From positions 1 through 59,842 of IMG/VR virus record IMGVR_UViG_3300025132_000006: a stretch of DNA of 59,842 nucleotides, one strand, 5' to 3'. Position numbers and translations under genes: made by a program. A model generated the notes under the pieces. The model was not told the DNA's origin. It saw nothing but the letters and a program-made list of their open reading frames with translations, and made no database searches. This DNA is from a virus (taxonomy: Duplodnaviria > Caudoviricetes). This document shows positions 47,719-57,000 of the stretch, piece by piece. The stretch's first letter is position 1. Each line of letters begins with the position of its first letter.

Positions 47719-47732
47719 TCCAATCTAGTAAT

Positions 47733-47790
47733 ATACGGGGATGGGTCGTGAGTTTATTCGCCTCCTTTCTGCTTACGCCCTGACCCGTAT
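47733..47790 (+). promoter_or_regulatory. Hairpin after the capsid gene with an anti-SD loop (TCGCCTCCTTTCT)
   Basis: atacggg/cccgtat plus ggg(t)cgtgagt/gcttacgccc stem; loop is complementary to the GAGGT RBS just downstream. Confidence 0.6.
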
Positions 47791-47801
47791 TGTGAGGTAA
47801 T

Positions 47802-50800
47802 ATGAAAATTTGGGAAAGAGTTAATAACATTACGGGCAACAATACAAAAGCTCGTTTTCTTGTTGAATATGTAAACGCAGGTGCTAAGTTTATACTAGCA
47901 GCCTTACCTGAGAAATTCTTATGGACTGTAGCTACAGAGACAGAAATCGTAGGTAGGGATTCTAGTGGAGTAAATAAAATAGGCAAGGGTTCTACTATTG
48001 CATATGATAAGATTTTAGCAGTATATAGATGGGATGGCACAGATGCCAATGGAAATCCTAAAAAAAGAGTAGCTGAAGAATCACCTGACAATAGTATACA
48101 TATATTTGATGAATCTAATAGTTTATTAAAAGCTACAAGCATATTTCCTAAGTTTTATAAGTTAGGAGGAAAGATTTTTATTAAACCAGACCCTGATTAT
48201 AATGATGGAGTTGGTACTTATACATATACAAAGTTAGGTGAGTCATCTACTACTACAGTTAATTCTGGGACTGGAGATAAAGGAGTAATAGTATATTCTG
48301 CTCCACCTATTATAGATGAAAATGATGATTCTTGGATATTAACTGAGTATGAAAATATTGCTATTTTTTATGCAGGGTCGTTAGACTTCTTAAGATTAAG
48401 TAGTGTATATAGAGATTTATGTAAAACAGAGATAGACGAAGTAGTTAGTGCAACAGGGTTATTAAAGAATTATAGAGATAAGGTTACTGCTTCTTCTTTT
48501 GACCCTACAAAAGCAACTGATGGTTCATCTACTATTAATATTCCTAATAAAGTACTCTCATTTAGTGTAGGCACTAGTTTACCTACATTTAGTTTTAGTG
48601 GTTCTCTTCCGTCTGATTTCGTTATTTCTTCATTATTACCTAGTAATATAACACTAACTAAAGAGCTTCCAAGTTTTTCAATAGCTGATTCTCTACCAAG
48701 TGATTTTAGTATAAGTGAAACTTTGCCAAGTAGTAATATTTCTGTTGGTTCTTCGTTACCTTCATTTTCATTTGTTGAAGCATTGCCATCTTCTTTTGTA
48801 AGTCCTTCAACTAGTCTACCTTCATTTAGTTTCTCAGGTAGTCTTCCAACTTCTATTAATGTATCTACATCTTTACCATCAGGTTCTTTTTCTAAATCAT
48901 TACCTAGTATATCGATAAATGCAGTTCCTCCAAGTGATATTAATGTAACAGAATCTCTTCCAACATTTAGTTTTACAAAAGAATTACCTTCAGAAATGGT
49001 AATAGGAGAATCTCTACCTGATGATATTGTTGTTTCATCTCCTTTACCATCTTTTAATGTAGCTTCTTCTCTTCCATCGGATTTTAATATAGAGTCTTCA
49101 TTACCTTCTAATTTTATAGTTTCAACATCTTTGCCTAGTGCTATTAATGTTGAGACTCCATTACCAAATGATTTTGCACCAGCTGAAACATTACCATCAG
49201 ATTTTAATATATCTCAAACTATTCCTACTTTTTCAGAACTTAGTCATAGTATGGTTCTATCTGGAGCCGATGACGCTATGGATAAGGCTGAGAAATTAAT
49301 AGATGGTAGTGAATTAAGTAATGAGATTGATAATGCTCAAGGATGGATAGACGATGAAGATGTTGAAATGGCTTCAGTTGTTATAAATACCGCGGCTCAA
49401 GAAATAAATAGAGCTTCAGCTTCTATTAACAAAGAAAAAACTAAATTAGAAGAATTTTCTACTAAAGTGAATCAAAAAGTAAATAAATATCAAAATGATA
49501 TAGCTAATTATAGTAATGAAGTCCAAAAAGAGCGTAATAGAATGCAATCTCAAATGGAAAAATATACTCAAGCAATTCAGAAGGAACAAGTAAGGGTTGG
49601 TTCTTCAATAGAAAAATATCAAGCAGAGTTACAAAAAGAATTTCAAAGAGTATCAAGTGAAACTCAAAAATATCAGAATGAGGTTCAAAAAGAAGCTGAA
49701 AGAGTTCAAATAGAACTAGGAAAGTATAAACAAGAAGTAGATAAAGAAACACAAAGAGTTAAAAATGGTCTTGAAAAACATCAAGCGGAAGTTACTAAAC
49801 AAGCTCAAAAGTCTAAAACTGAGGCTGATGCATATGGTGCAGAGCTTCAAAAAGAAACTCAAAAAGCAACATCAAAAATTAATAAATATCAACAAAATGT
49901 TTCTAAAGAGTCTCAAAGAGTCCAAACAGAAGTTTCTAAGTACTCTAATGAACTACAGAAAGAAGTTGCATCTTCTCAGAGACAAGCTGAAAAATATAAT
50001 CTACAATTACAAACAGAAATTAATAGAGTATCTTCTGGTTTAAATAAATTTCAACAAGAAATTGCTAAAGATATACAATCTTATCAAAAAGAAATAGAAG
50101 TTTACACTGCTGAGATACAAGGAGAGGCTGCTAAAGCAAATATAGATATAAATAACTATCAAGCTGAATTAGCTAAAGAAACTCAACGTCAAAACTCAGA
50201 ATTAGCTAAATATCAAGCTGATTTACAAAAATCTATACAAGTTTTTACTCTAGACCTTAATAAATATGCATCAGAGGTTCAAAAAGAATCTGCAAGATTA
50301 AATGCTGATGTATCAAGATATGCACAAGCTAATAATAAAGAAATTGCAAGATATAATGGTGAGTTGCAAAAGTATCAAGCAGATTTAGCAAAAGAAGTTC
50401 AATTATTTAATACTCAAGTTGCTTCTTATCAAGCTGATGTACAAAAGGAATCTTCTAGAGTTAGCTCTGGCGTAGCAAAATATAATTCTTCTCTTCAGAA
50501 AGAATCTCAAAGAGTTAGTATGGAAATAAATTCCTATCAAGCTGAATTAGGTAAAGAATCACAAAGAATTGGGACTGATGTACAAAAATATGGTGCAGAA
50601 GTTCAAAAAGAAACTCAGAAAATAAATTCAGGAATTGCCAAGTATCAAGCTGAGCTTCAGAAAGAAACTTCAGAATTTGGAACAAAGATTCAAAAGTTCA
50701 ATGCTGACCTTCAAAAAGAATCAACTAAATTACAAAAAGATATACAACAATTTACTCTTGATATAAATAATTATTCCAGTTTAATACAAGCTAAAAGCGG

Positions 50801-51023
50801 TAAGTTTCAACTAGATATGACAGAAGCTAATTCATATTTGCAGGAAGCAGGTACTAAAATACAAGCATCTCAATTATATGCACAAAAAAGTCAAGTTTCT
50901 ATTAGCTCATCTAGGGATTATTACCAGAGAGCAGTATCTGAATTATCAGCAATTACTGGTGCAGTAGTAGCTCCAGAACAACAACAAGCTAGTCAAAGAC
51001 GAGAGCAAGGGAAAACTTCATGA
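47802..51023 (+). CDS. Head-tail adaptor-like protein with a long repeat extension
   Basis: Adaptor-type N-terminal domain (FY..GGKIFI.P.P...IVY..PP...IFYA), 23 LP repeats and 23 18-aa helical repeats. Confidence 0.65.
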   Translation: MKIWERVNNITGNNTKARFLVEYVNAGAKFILAALPEKFLWTVATETEIVGRDSSGVNKIGKGSTIAYDKILAVYRWDGTDANGNPKKRVAEESPDNSIHIFDESNSLLKATSIFPKFYKLGGKIFIKPDPDYNDGVGTYTYTKLGESSTTTVNSGTGDKGVIVYSAPPIIDENDDSWILTEYENIAIFYAGSLDFLRLSSVYRDLCKTEIDEVVSATGLLKNYRDKVTASSFDPTKATDGSSTINIPNKVLSFSVGTSLPTFSFSGSLPSDFVISSLLPSNITLTKELPSFSIADSLPSDFSISETLPSSNISVGSSLPSFSFVEALPSSFVSPSTSLPSFSFSGSLPTSINVSTSLPSGSFSKSLPSISINAVPPSDINVTESLPTFSFTKELPSEMVIGESLPDDIVVSSPLPSFNVASSLPSDFNIESSLPSNFIVSTSLPSAINVETPLPNDFAPAETLPSDFNISQTIPTFSELSHSMVLSGADDAMDKAEKLIDGSELSNEIDNAQGWIDDEDVEMASVVINTAAQEINRASASINKEKTKLEEFSTKVNQKVNKYQNDIANYSNEVQKERNRMQSQMEKYTQAIQKEQVRVGSSIEKYQAELQKEFQRVSSETQKYQNEVQKEAERVQIELGKYKQEVDKETQRVKNGLEKHQAEVTKQAQKSKTEADAYGAELQKETQKATSKINKYQQNVSKESQRVQTEVSKYSNELQKEVASSQRQAEKYNLQLQTEINRVSSGLNKFQQEIAKDIQSYQKEIEVYTAEIQGEAAKANIDINNYQAELAKETQRQNSELAKYQADLQKSIQVFTLDLNKYASEVQKESARLNADVSRYAQANNKEIARYNGELQKYQADLAKEVQLFNTQVASYQADVQKESSRVSSGVAKYNSSLQKESQRVSMEINSYQAELGKESQRIGTDVQKYGAEVQKETQKINSGIAKYQAELQKETSEFGTKIQKFNADLQKESTKLQKDIQQFTLDINNYSSLIQAKSGKFQLDMTEANSYLQEAGTKIQASQLYAQKSQVSISSSRDYYQRAVSELSAITGAVVAPEQQQASQRREQGKTS
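48579..49250 (+). repeat. 23 degenerate 9-11-aa LP(S/T)xFxxxxS repeats
   Basis: Counted from LPTFSFSGS to IPTFSELSHS. Confidence 0.85.
49503..50744 (+). repeat. 23 consecutive 18-aa helical repeats (consensus about xKYQAELQKExQRVxxxI)
   Basis: From ANYSNEVQKERNRMQSQM to QKFNADLQKESTKLQKDI; 23 x 54 nt = 1242 nt. Confidence 0.9.
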
Positions 51024-51298
51024 CAATATTAGAAATTATGGAAAGAGCAAATTCTAGAGATACGAATCTTGTAATAGCTTTTGTAAAAGATGCAGTTATG
51101 AGGATACAATCTAACTCAGAAGAAAATTTAAAAGTTGCTAAACAAACTATTACTAAAAATACTAGAGATTATGACTTACCTACTGATTTAGTTGCTTTAA
51201 AAAGTGTTAGTATATTAGATACTGAAGATGATGATAAATATAAAAGAATTGCTAGATTAACAGGAGAACCTAACGTAACTGAGGATACAAATCCGTAA
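51020..51298 (+). CDS. Adaptor/tail-tube-A-like protein, N-terminal-type half
   Basis: MT..EI..R and Y.LP.D...L..V motifs. Confidence 0.6.
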   Translation: MTILEIMERANSRDTNLVIAFVKDAVMRIQSNSEENLKVAKQTITKNTRDYDLPTDLVALKSVSILDTEDDDKYKRIARLTGEPNVTEDTNP

Positions 51299-51753
51299 TG
51301 AGTTTTGATACCGCTAGAAATTTTGTTTATAGACTTCATGGGAAAACATTAAGACTATGGAGATATAGGAGAACTCCAGCTAAAGATACAGATACAGAAG
51401 GAAGAATAAGTACTTCTGGTTGGCATTCAATAGTATATCCTGATGAAACAATAACAAATGGATTAAGAATTGAATATACGGCTATTAATAAGCCTTTTGT
51501 TCAAGAAGACCCTGATTCAAATTCTAGTCTTACTGAGGTTACGAATCCGACAGAATCTAGTCATGTAAATCTTAATAGAATGTTATCTTTAGCAGTAGTA
51601 GATTATGTAAAAGCTTATTTAGCAGAAAGAGAAGGAAATCTTCAAGCTAAAGAGTATTTTATGAGAGAATTTTTTAATAAATTGGCTGACAATGAAAGTA
51701 ATAAAAATCATGCATATGTTGCTCAGGCAGTCAGCCCATATGCAGTAAAATAG
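51298..51753 (+). CDS. Adaptor/tail-tube-A-like protein, C-terminal-type half
   Basis: Y...G..L.L, LRIEY.A and LAVVDYV.A.L motifs. Confidence 0.6.
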   Translation: MSFDTARNFVYRLHGKTLRLWRYRRTPAKDTDTEGRISTSGWHSIVYPDETITNGLRIEYTAINKPFVQEDPDSNSSLTEVTNPTESSHVNLNRMLSLAVVDYVKAYLAEREGNLQAKEYFMREFFNKLADNESNKNHAYVAQAVSPYAVK

Positions 51754-51762
51754 GGAAATATT

Positions 51763-52215
51763 ATGGCAAGAATAGATTATGCGGTAAGTGTAACTCCTAT
51801 ACAATCCACAACATATGAGGGTCAAACTTTAGATGTTGTCGACCAAGAAATTGGAAGAAGTTTAGGAGGAGGAAGTTCTTCTACGGCTTGGGATGGTAGT
51901 GCAGTGGCAACACCGAATTGGGAAGCTGGGAAAGCTGATGCTTATCAAAGTGGTGATAGTTCAAATACTTTTGCAGTCGATAGTGGTGCTCAAGGTCTTT
52001 GGATAAAGCACACTGGTTTTAATTATGACGCTTCTGCTACAAATAAAATTGGAGCTACGGCAAACGATGTCTTAGTTACTGTTACTGGTGCTAATGATAT
52101 AATTTGTAAATTAAAGGGTGGAGAGGCAATATTTTTACCAATGCCTAAAAACCAAACTATTACATTTTCAGACGCAGGAACAGCAGCAGCTATGGAAGTT
52201 GTTGTATTAACTTAA
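51763..52215 (+). CDS. Structural beta-sandwich protein (hypothetical)
   Basis: Beta-rich; L..GEAIFLP motif; in the structural cluster. Confidence 0.6.
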   Translation: MARIDYAVSVTPIQSTTYEGQTLDVVDQEIGRSLGGGSSSTAWDGSAVATPNWEAGKADAYQSGDSSNTFAVDSGAQGLWIKHTGFNYDASATNKIGATANDVLVTVTGANDIICKLKGGEAIFLPMPKNQTITFSDAGTAAAMEVVVLT

Positions 52216-52227
52216 TAGGAGAATACT

Positions 52228-52428
52228 ATGGCAAATTTCGCAGTAATAACTAAGGTTATTGTCCATAACAAAGTGGATAGTAGCGCTGATACTATTGCAG
52301 GTTCATATGCTAAAGAGGTTTCTGATTACTTAGAGAGTGTAGTTAATACGAAAACTATTCGTTCAATACATTCTTGTGAATTAGCTTCTTCTGGCGCAGT
52401 AATGACAGTAATAATACATGATTCATAA
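52228..52428 (+). CDS. Small structural/hypothetical protein
   Basis: AGGAG RBS. Confidence 0.6.
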   Translation: MANFAVITKVIVHNKVDSSADTIAGSYAKEVSDYLESVVNTKTIRSIHSCELASSGAVMTVIIHDS

Positions 52429-52870
52429 TGAAACATATCAAGATATTCAAATCTTACAAGGTCACAACTTTGAGAATATAGTAACTTTTGATAGTACTCA
52501 TATAATGTCTGCTACAATGTCTTATGTCGCTATTATAGTAAAAGACAAAAGTAGGAGTACATTTACAGGTCCTAAAAAAACTACTGGGACTTTAGGTACG
52601 AGAGGAGGAAGTGATGCTTGGCAATCTAATGACTCAATAACTGCAATACATTGTGATATTGTAGCTGATAGAAGTGAGAATACTGTTAATATCAAATTGC
52701 CTGCTGAAGCTACTCAACACTTTACTGATTCATTTGAGGGATATTGGGAATTACTTGAAAAAGATACAAGTACAGACCCAGATACATATGTAAGACAAAT
52801 ACAAGGAGATGTAGTTATATCTAACGCGGCTACTTCGCTAACAGATACATTTACTACATCAGTCGCATAA
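52418..52870 (+). CDS. BppU-like Ig-fold fibre-attachment protein
   Basis: I.QG..F, I.LP...T, Y.EL and R..QG.V.I pattern; precedes the fibre genes. Confidence 0.6.
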   Translation: MIHNETYQDIQILQGHNFENIVTFDSTHIMSATMSYVAIIVKDKSRSTFTGPKKTTGTLGTRGGSDAWQSNDSITAIHCDIVADRSENTVNIKLPAEATQHFTDSFEGYWELLEKDTSTDPDTYVRQIQGDVVISNAATSLTDTFTTSVA

Positions 52871-54060
52871 TGGCTATAACCGCTAAAGTAACAAATGCTA
52901 GTTCTACTAAAGCAGTAGGCACTCAAAATGCTACTAAAACTCAAGATAGTTTTAATGTAAAAGCAGGGGCAATTTCAGTTGATTTAACTGGTAGAATTTC
53001 TACTGCTAGAAATGTTAATGATGCTTTACAACTATTAGATGCAAGAACAGCGGCTCAAACATCTGCTCCAAATCCGATGACTGAGGGAGATATATGGTAT
53101 AAGACAGATACAGATGAATTATATATAAGAACAGATAGTACTTGGAATGAAATAGTAGTTAGTGGAGTTTCAGGTACAATTTATGGAGGAACTGACACAA
53201 CTCCTTTAAATAGGAACACAATTAAAAGGTCTGCTTATAATGCATCTAATGTTCCCTCAAATAATAGTATTTTAGCAGGTGAACTTAATTTTATACAAGG
53301 AAGCAAAAAGCTTTATATTGGAAGGGAAAATGATGGTACTGGGACTATTGAAGCTTATCATATCCCTCTAGCAACAGATTTATTACCTAATTCTACTAGT
53401 TTTACATTATCAGATAATAGTGGAAATGCAAACGATAATAGTCAAGTACTTGCATTGGCTAGTGGAGTCGCAGGTAATGGATTAAGTCTATCAAATCACG
53501 CTTTATCGGTAAATCCTGATAATGATAGTATTGAACTAAATAGTGATGCATTAAGAATTAAACCTTCAAAAGTTTTAGTAAATGTAAGTGATGGTAGCAA
53601 TTCCACGGGGATTACATTAGGAAATACTGCCACATTCTCAGGAACTGCAAATGAGACAACTGTAGCAGAGAATAACGGAACGATTACTGTTGGTCTGCCT
53701 GATAATGTTACAATACAAGGTAATTTAACTGTTGGTGGGACAACTACTACAATTAATTCATCTACTGTAACTATTGATGACCCTATCTTTACATTAGGGG
53801 GAGATACAAATCCCTCTTCGGATGACAATAAGGACAGAGGAATAGAATTTAAATGGCATAATGGTAGCTCTCATAAATTAGGTTTTTTTGGAATGGATGA
53901 TAGTGATGGAAAATTTAAGTATATACCAGATGCTACAAATAGTAGTGAAGTATTCTCAGGTTCTGTTGGTAGTGCAGTATTCAACGATGTAGCAATATCA
54001 ACAATTAATGGAAACGCAGTATTTGATAGTAACTCAACTGTGGATGGTGGGACTTTCTAA
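52870..54060 (+). CDS. Tail fibre/collar protein
   Basis: GDIWY.TDT..LYI, GELNF...KLYIG, GNLTVGGTTTTINS..VTIDDPI.TLG and DRGIEF motifs; ends VDGGTF. Confidence 0.8.
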   Translation: MAITAKVTNASSTKAVGTQNATKTQDSFNVKAGAISVDLTGRISTARNVNDALQLLDARTAAQTSAPNPMTEGDIWYKTDTDELYIRTDSTWNEIVVSGVSGTIYGGTDTTPLNRNTIKRSAYNASNVPSNNSILAGELNFIQGSKKLYIGRENDGTGTIEAYHIPLATDLLPNSTSFTLSDNSGNANDNSQVLALASGVAGNGLSLSNHALSVNPDNDSIELNSDALRIKPSKVLVNVSDGSNSTGITLGNTATFSGTANETTVAENNGTITVGLPDNVTIQGNLTVGGTTTTINSSTVTIDDPIFTLGGDTNPSSDDNKDRGIEFKWHNGSSHKLGFFGMDDSDGKFKYIPDATNSSEVFSGSVGSAVFNDVAISTINGNAVFDSNSTVDGGTF

Positions 54061-57000
54061 TGGCTAATACTATTAAAATTAAAAGAAGTGGAACTTCTGG
54101 AGATTCTCCAACTTCAGGAGAACTACAACATGGTGAATTAGGGATTAATTATGCAGATGGTAAATTATTCTTTAAAAACTCTAGTAATGTAGTACAAGAA
54201 TTATTAACAAGTCCAGGTACTTCAAATGGGCAATTATTATTTGCTAATTCTAGTAGTAATTTTGAAGGGGATAGTAATTTATTTTGGGATAACACGAATA
54301 AAAGACTTGGTATAGGTACAGCCTCTCCCACAGAAAAACTTCATGTAGAAGGAGCAATACAACAAACTAAGATAAAAATTTATAATAGTGGTAATAGTGG
54401 TAATATAGAACAGACTGGTGCTTTTGGTGGTGGAACAATGTTTTTTAAACAACTTGGTTCTAACCACGATATAAGATTTCAAACCAATAAAGCTGGTTCA
54501 ACTACAACTGCTTTAGCTATTGATGGTTTAACACATAATATTGGTATAGGGACAGAATCGCCTAGCTTGTCCTATGGTGGCGGTTTGCATATAAAAAATG
54601 CAAGTAATGTAGCAAATTTAAAAGTTAGTAGTGGTAGCTCAACTGGGTTTGATTTATGGCAAGATACTGGCGGTAATGCTTATGTAATTAATCACGATAA
54701 TGCTGGGATATTATTTAAGACTAATGGTGGAGATAGGCTTTATATTAAAAGTGATGGCGATGTTGGTATTGGTACATCCTCTCCGACAAAAGGGAAATTA
54801 GAAGTTTATGGTAATGGAGCAGATACTACATTAGCAATACATGAAGATGGAGGAAGTCATAAAGCACAATTACACCTTAGAAGTGGTGGCAATGATGTAA
54901 AATTACATACAAGTGCATCTGATAGTAAATTTTATATAGATACAGAAAATGTATCAAAAGCATTTACTATAGCAACTGATGGAAAGACTGGCATAGGCAC
55001 AGACTCTCCTACTCATGGGAAACTACAAGTAAATCCAGGTTCAAATAGTACTACTGGTCTTGCAATATGGGGTGCAAATGATGGTATAAAAATTCAAAGA
55101 GCTAATGGTTCTAATGACGGAGCGTTTGGTCACATTACTTTTACAACTAATGATTGGATTCACCTAAAAACATATTCAGAAACCAAAGGTATTGGTGCAG
55201 ATATAATTGGTGGAGCTAACAGCGGTATCAATCCAGCTAACAATTACATTCACTTTAGTGGCTATGATAAAATATTTAGTCGTGTAGGCACTACTCAGTT
55301 GACAATGGGCAATGGTAAAGTTTATTTTGAAAATGTTAATGTCGGCATAAATACATCTTCTCCTACTCTTAGTAAATTACAAATAAATACATCCTCTAGC
55401 ACAAGAGGATTAGTAATAAATGCTACTGATAGCAATGCTTCTTACATGCAGTTTTCAAATTCAACAACTGGAACTGGTACAAGTCAAGGACTTCAAGTGG
55501 GTTTACAAGTAGATGAATCTGCTTTTATAGACTTAAAGTATTCAAGCCATTTAGCAATTAAGACATCTGGTGCTGAAAGAATGAGAATTACTTCAACAGG
55601 AAGCGTCGGTATCGGTACAACCTCACCAACAACAATACACCATGTTCACAATTCAGGAGCAACTACTGGTTGGACACATTATACAAATTCAAGTACTGGA
55701 ACGACTGGGAATGATGGTACTCATATAGGTACTAATGGAGTACACGCTTATTTATGGAATAGAGAAGCTGGTGATATTTATTTTGGAACTCAAGCTACTA
55801 CAAGAATGCTTGTTCAAAGTGGTGGTAATGTTGGAATTGGCACAACTTCGCCTAGTAATACGCTCCATGTTAATGGAACTGTTAGAGTTGACAGTTTATT
55901 ATCTTTTAGTGGCAATAGTTATATACAAGATGTAAGTAATAATTATTTAAAGCTAAGAATAGCTAATGGAGATTATTTTGCTATTCATGGTGGTGCATCT
56001 GATGCAGAATATATGAGAGTTGCTAACGATGGTAAAGTCGGCATCGGAACAGACTCTCCTGTTGCTAATTTACATATTTATAAGGATACTACTACTAATA
56101 ACGACAAGTTATTTAGAATATATAATGGCAGTGGATTGCAGTGGGAAATACAAGGCGATGGTAGCATGAGTGGCTATCTTGGTAATCCTATAGATAGTGT
56201 TACAATGATTAGAGGTCCATGGCAAACTGATTTATCAGTATCAGGTGGTAGTGCTAGTAGTGAAGCTGCTGCTGGTAATGTAGTTTTTAAAACAAATGAT
56301 GTTGAAAAAATGAGGCTTACTAAGACTGGACTACTCGGTATTGGTACATCCTCGCCTCAAGAAAAATTAGATATTTCTGCTGGTAATATAAGATTAGATA
56401 ATCAGCAACTTTTGACATTCGCAACTACAGATGCTAATAGTGGAAGAGTAGCTATTCAAGGCGATGAAGGAAGTGACTTTTTAAGATTTAGAACTGATAA
56501 TGCTAATAGAATGGCAATTACGAATACTGGTGTTGGTATTGGGACAATTTCTCCTAGTGTACCTCTTCACATTTCAACAACAAGTACAAATCCACTTTTA
56601 TTAGAAAATACTACTCAAGATGCTAGTGGCGGTGCAATACTAAATAAAATTTCTTTTAAACACAACGCTACATTAAATACAAGTTTAGAACATGGTTCGA
56701 TTGGCTACTATGCTGGTGAAACATGGGATGATACAAAATTTTATCAAACAATAAATAACGGAAATAGCGCACAAGTTGTAGCTGAAAATGTTCGTGGTAA
56801 TACTTGGAAATGGTATACTGGCGGAACTTCAAGAATGGTTATTGATTCGTCAGGCAAGGTCGGTCTAGGCACAGCCTCGCCTACTGCACCATTGCATATT
56901 AAAACAGCAATGTCTACTAACACAAACACAGATGCTTTAAAAGTAGAAGGTAATTATTTACTTGCAATATTAGGTGGAGATGACGCTCTATATAACGCTG

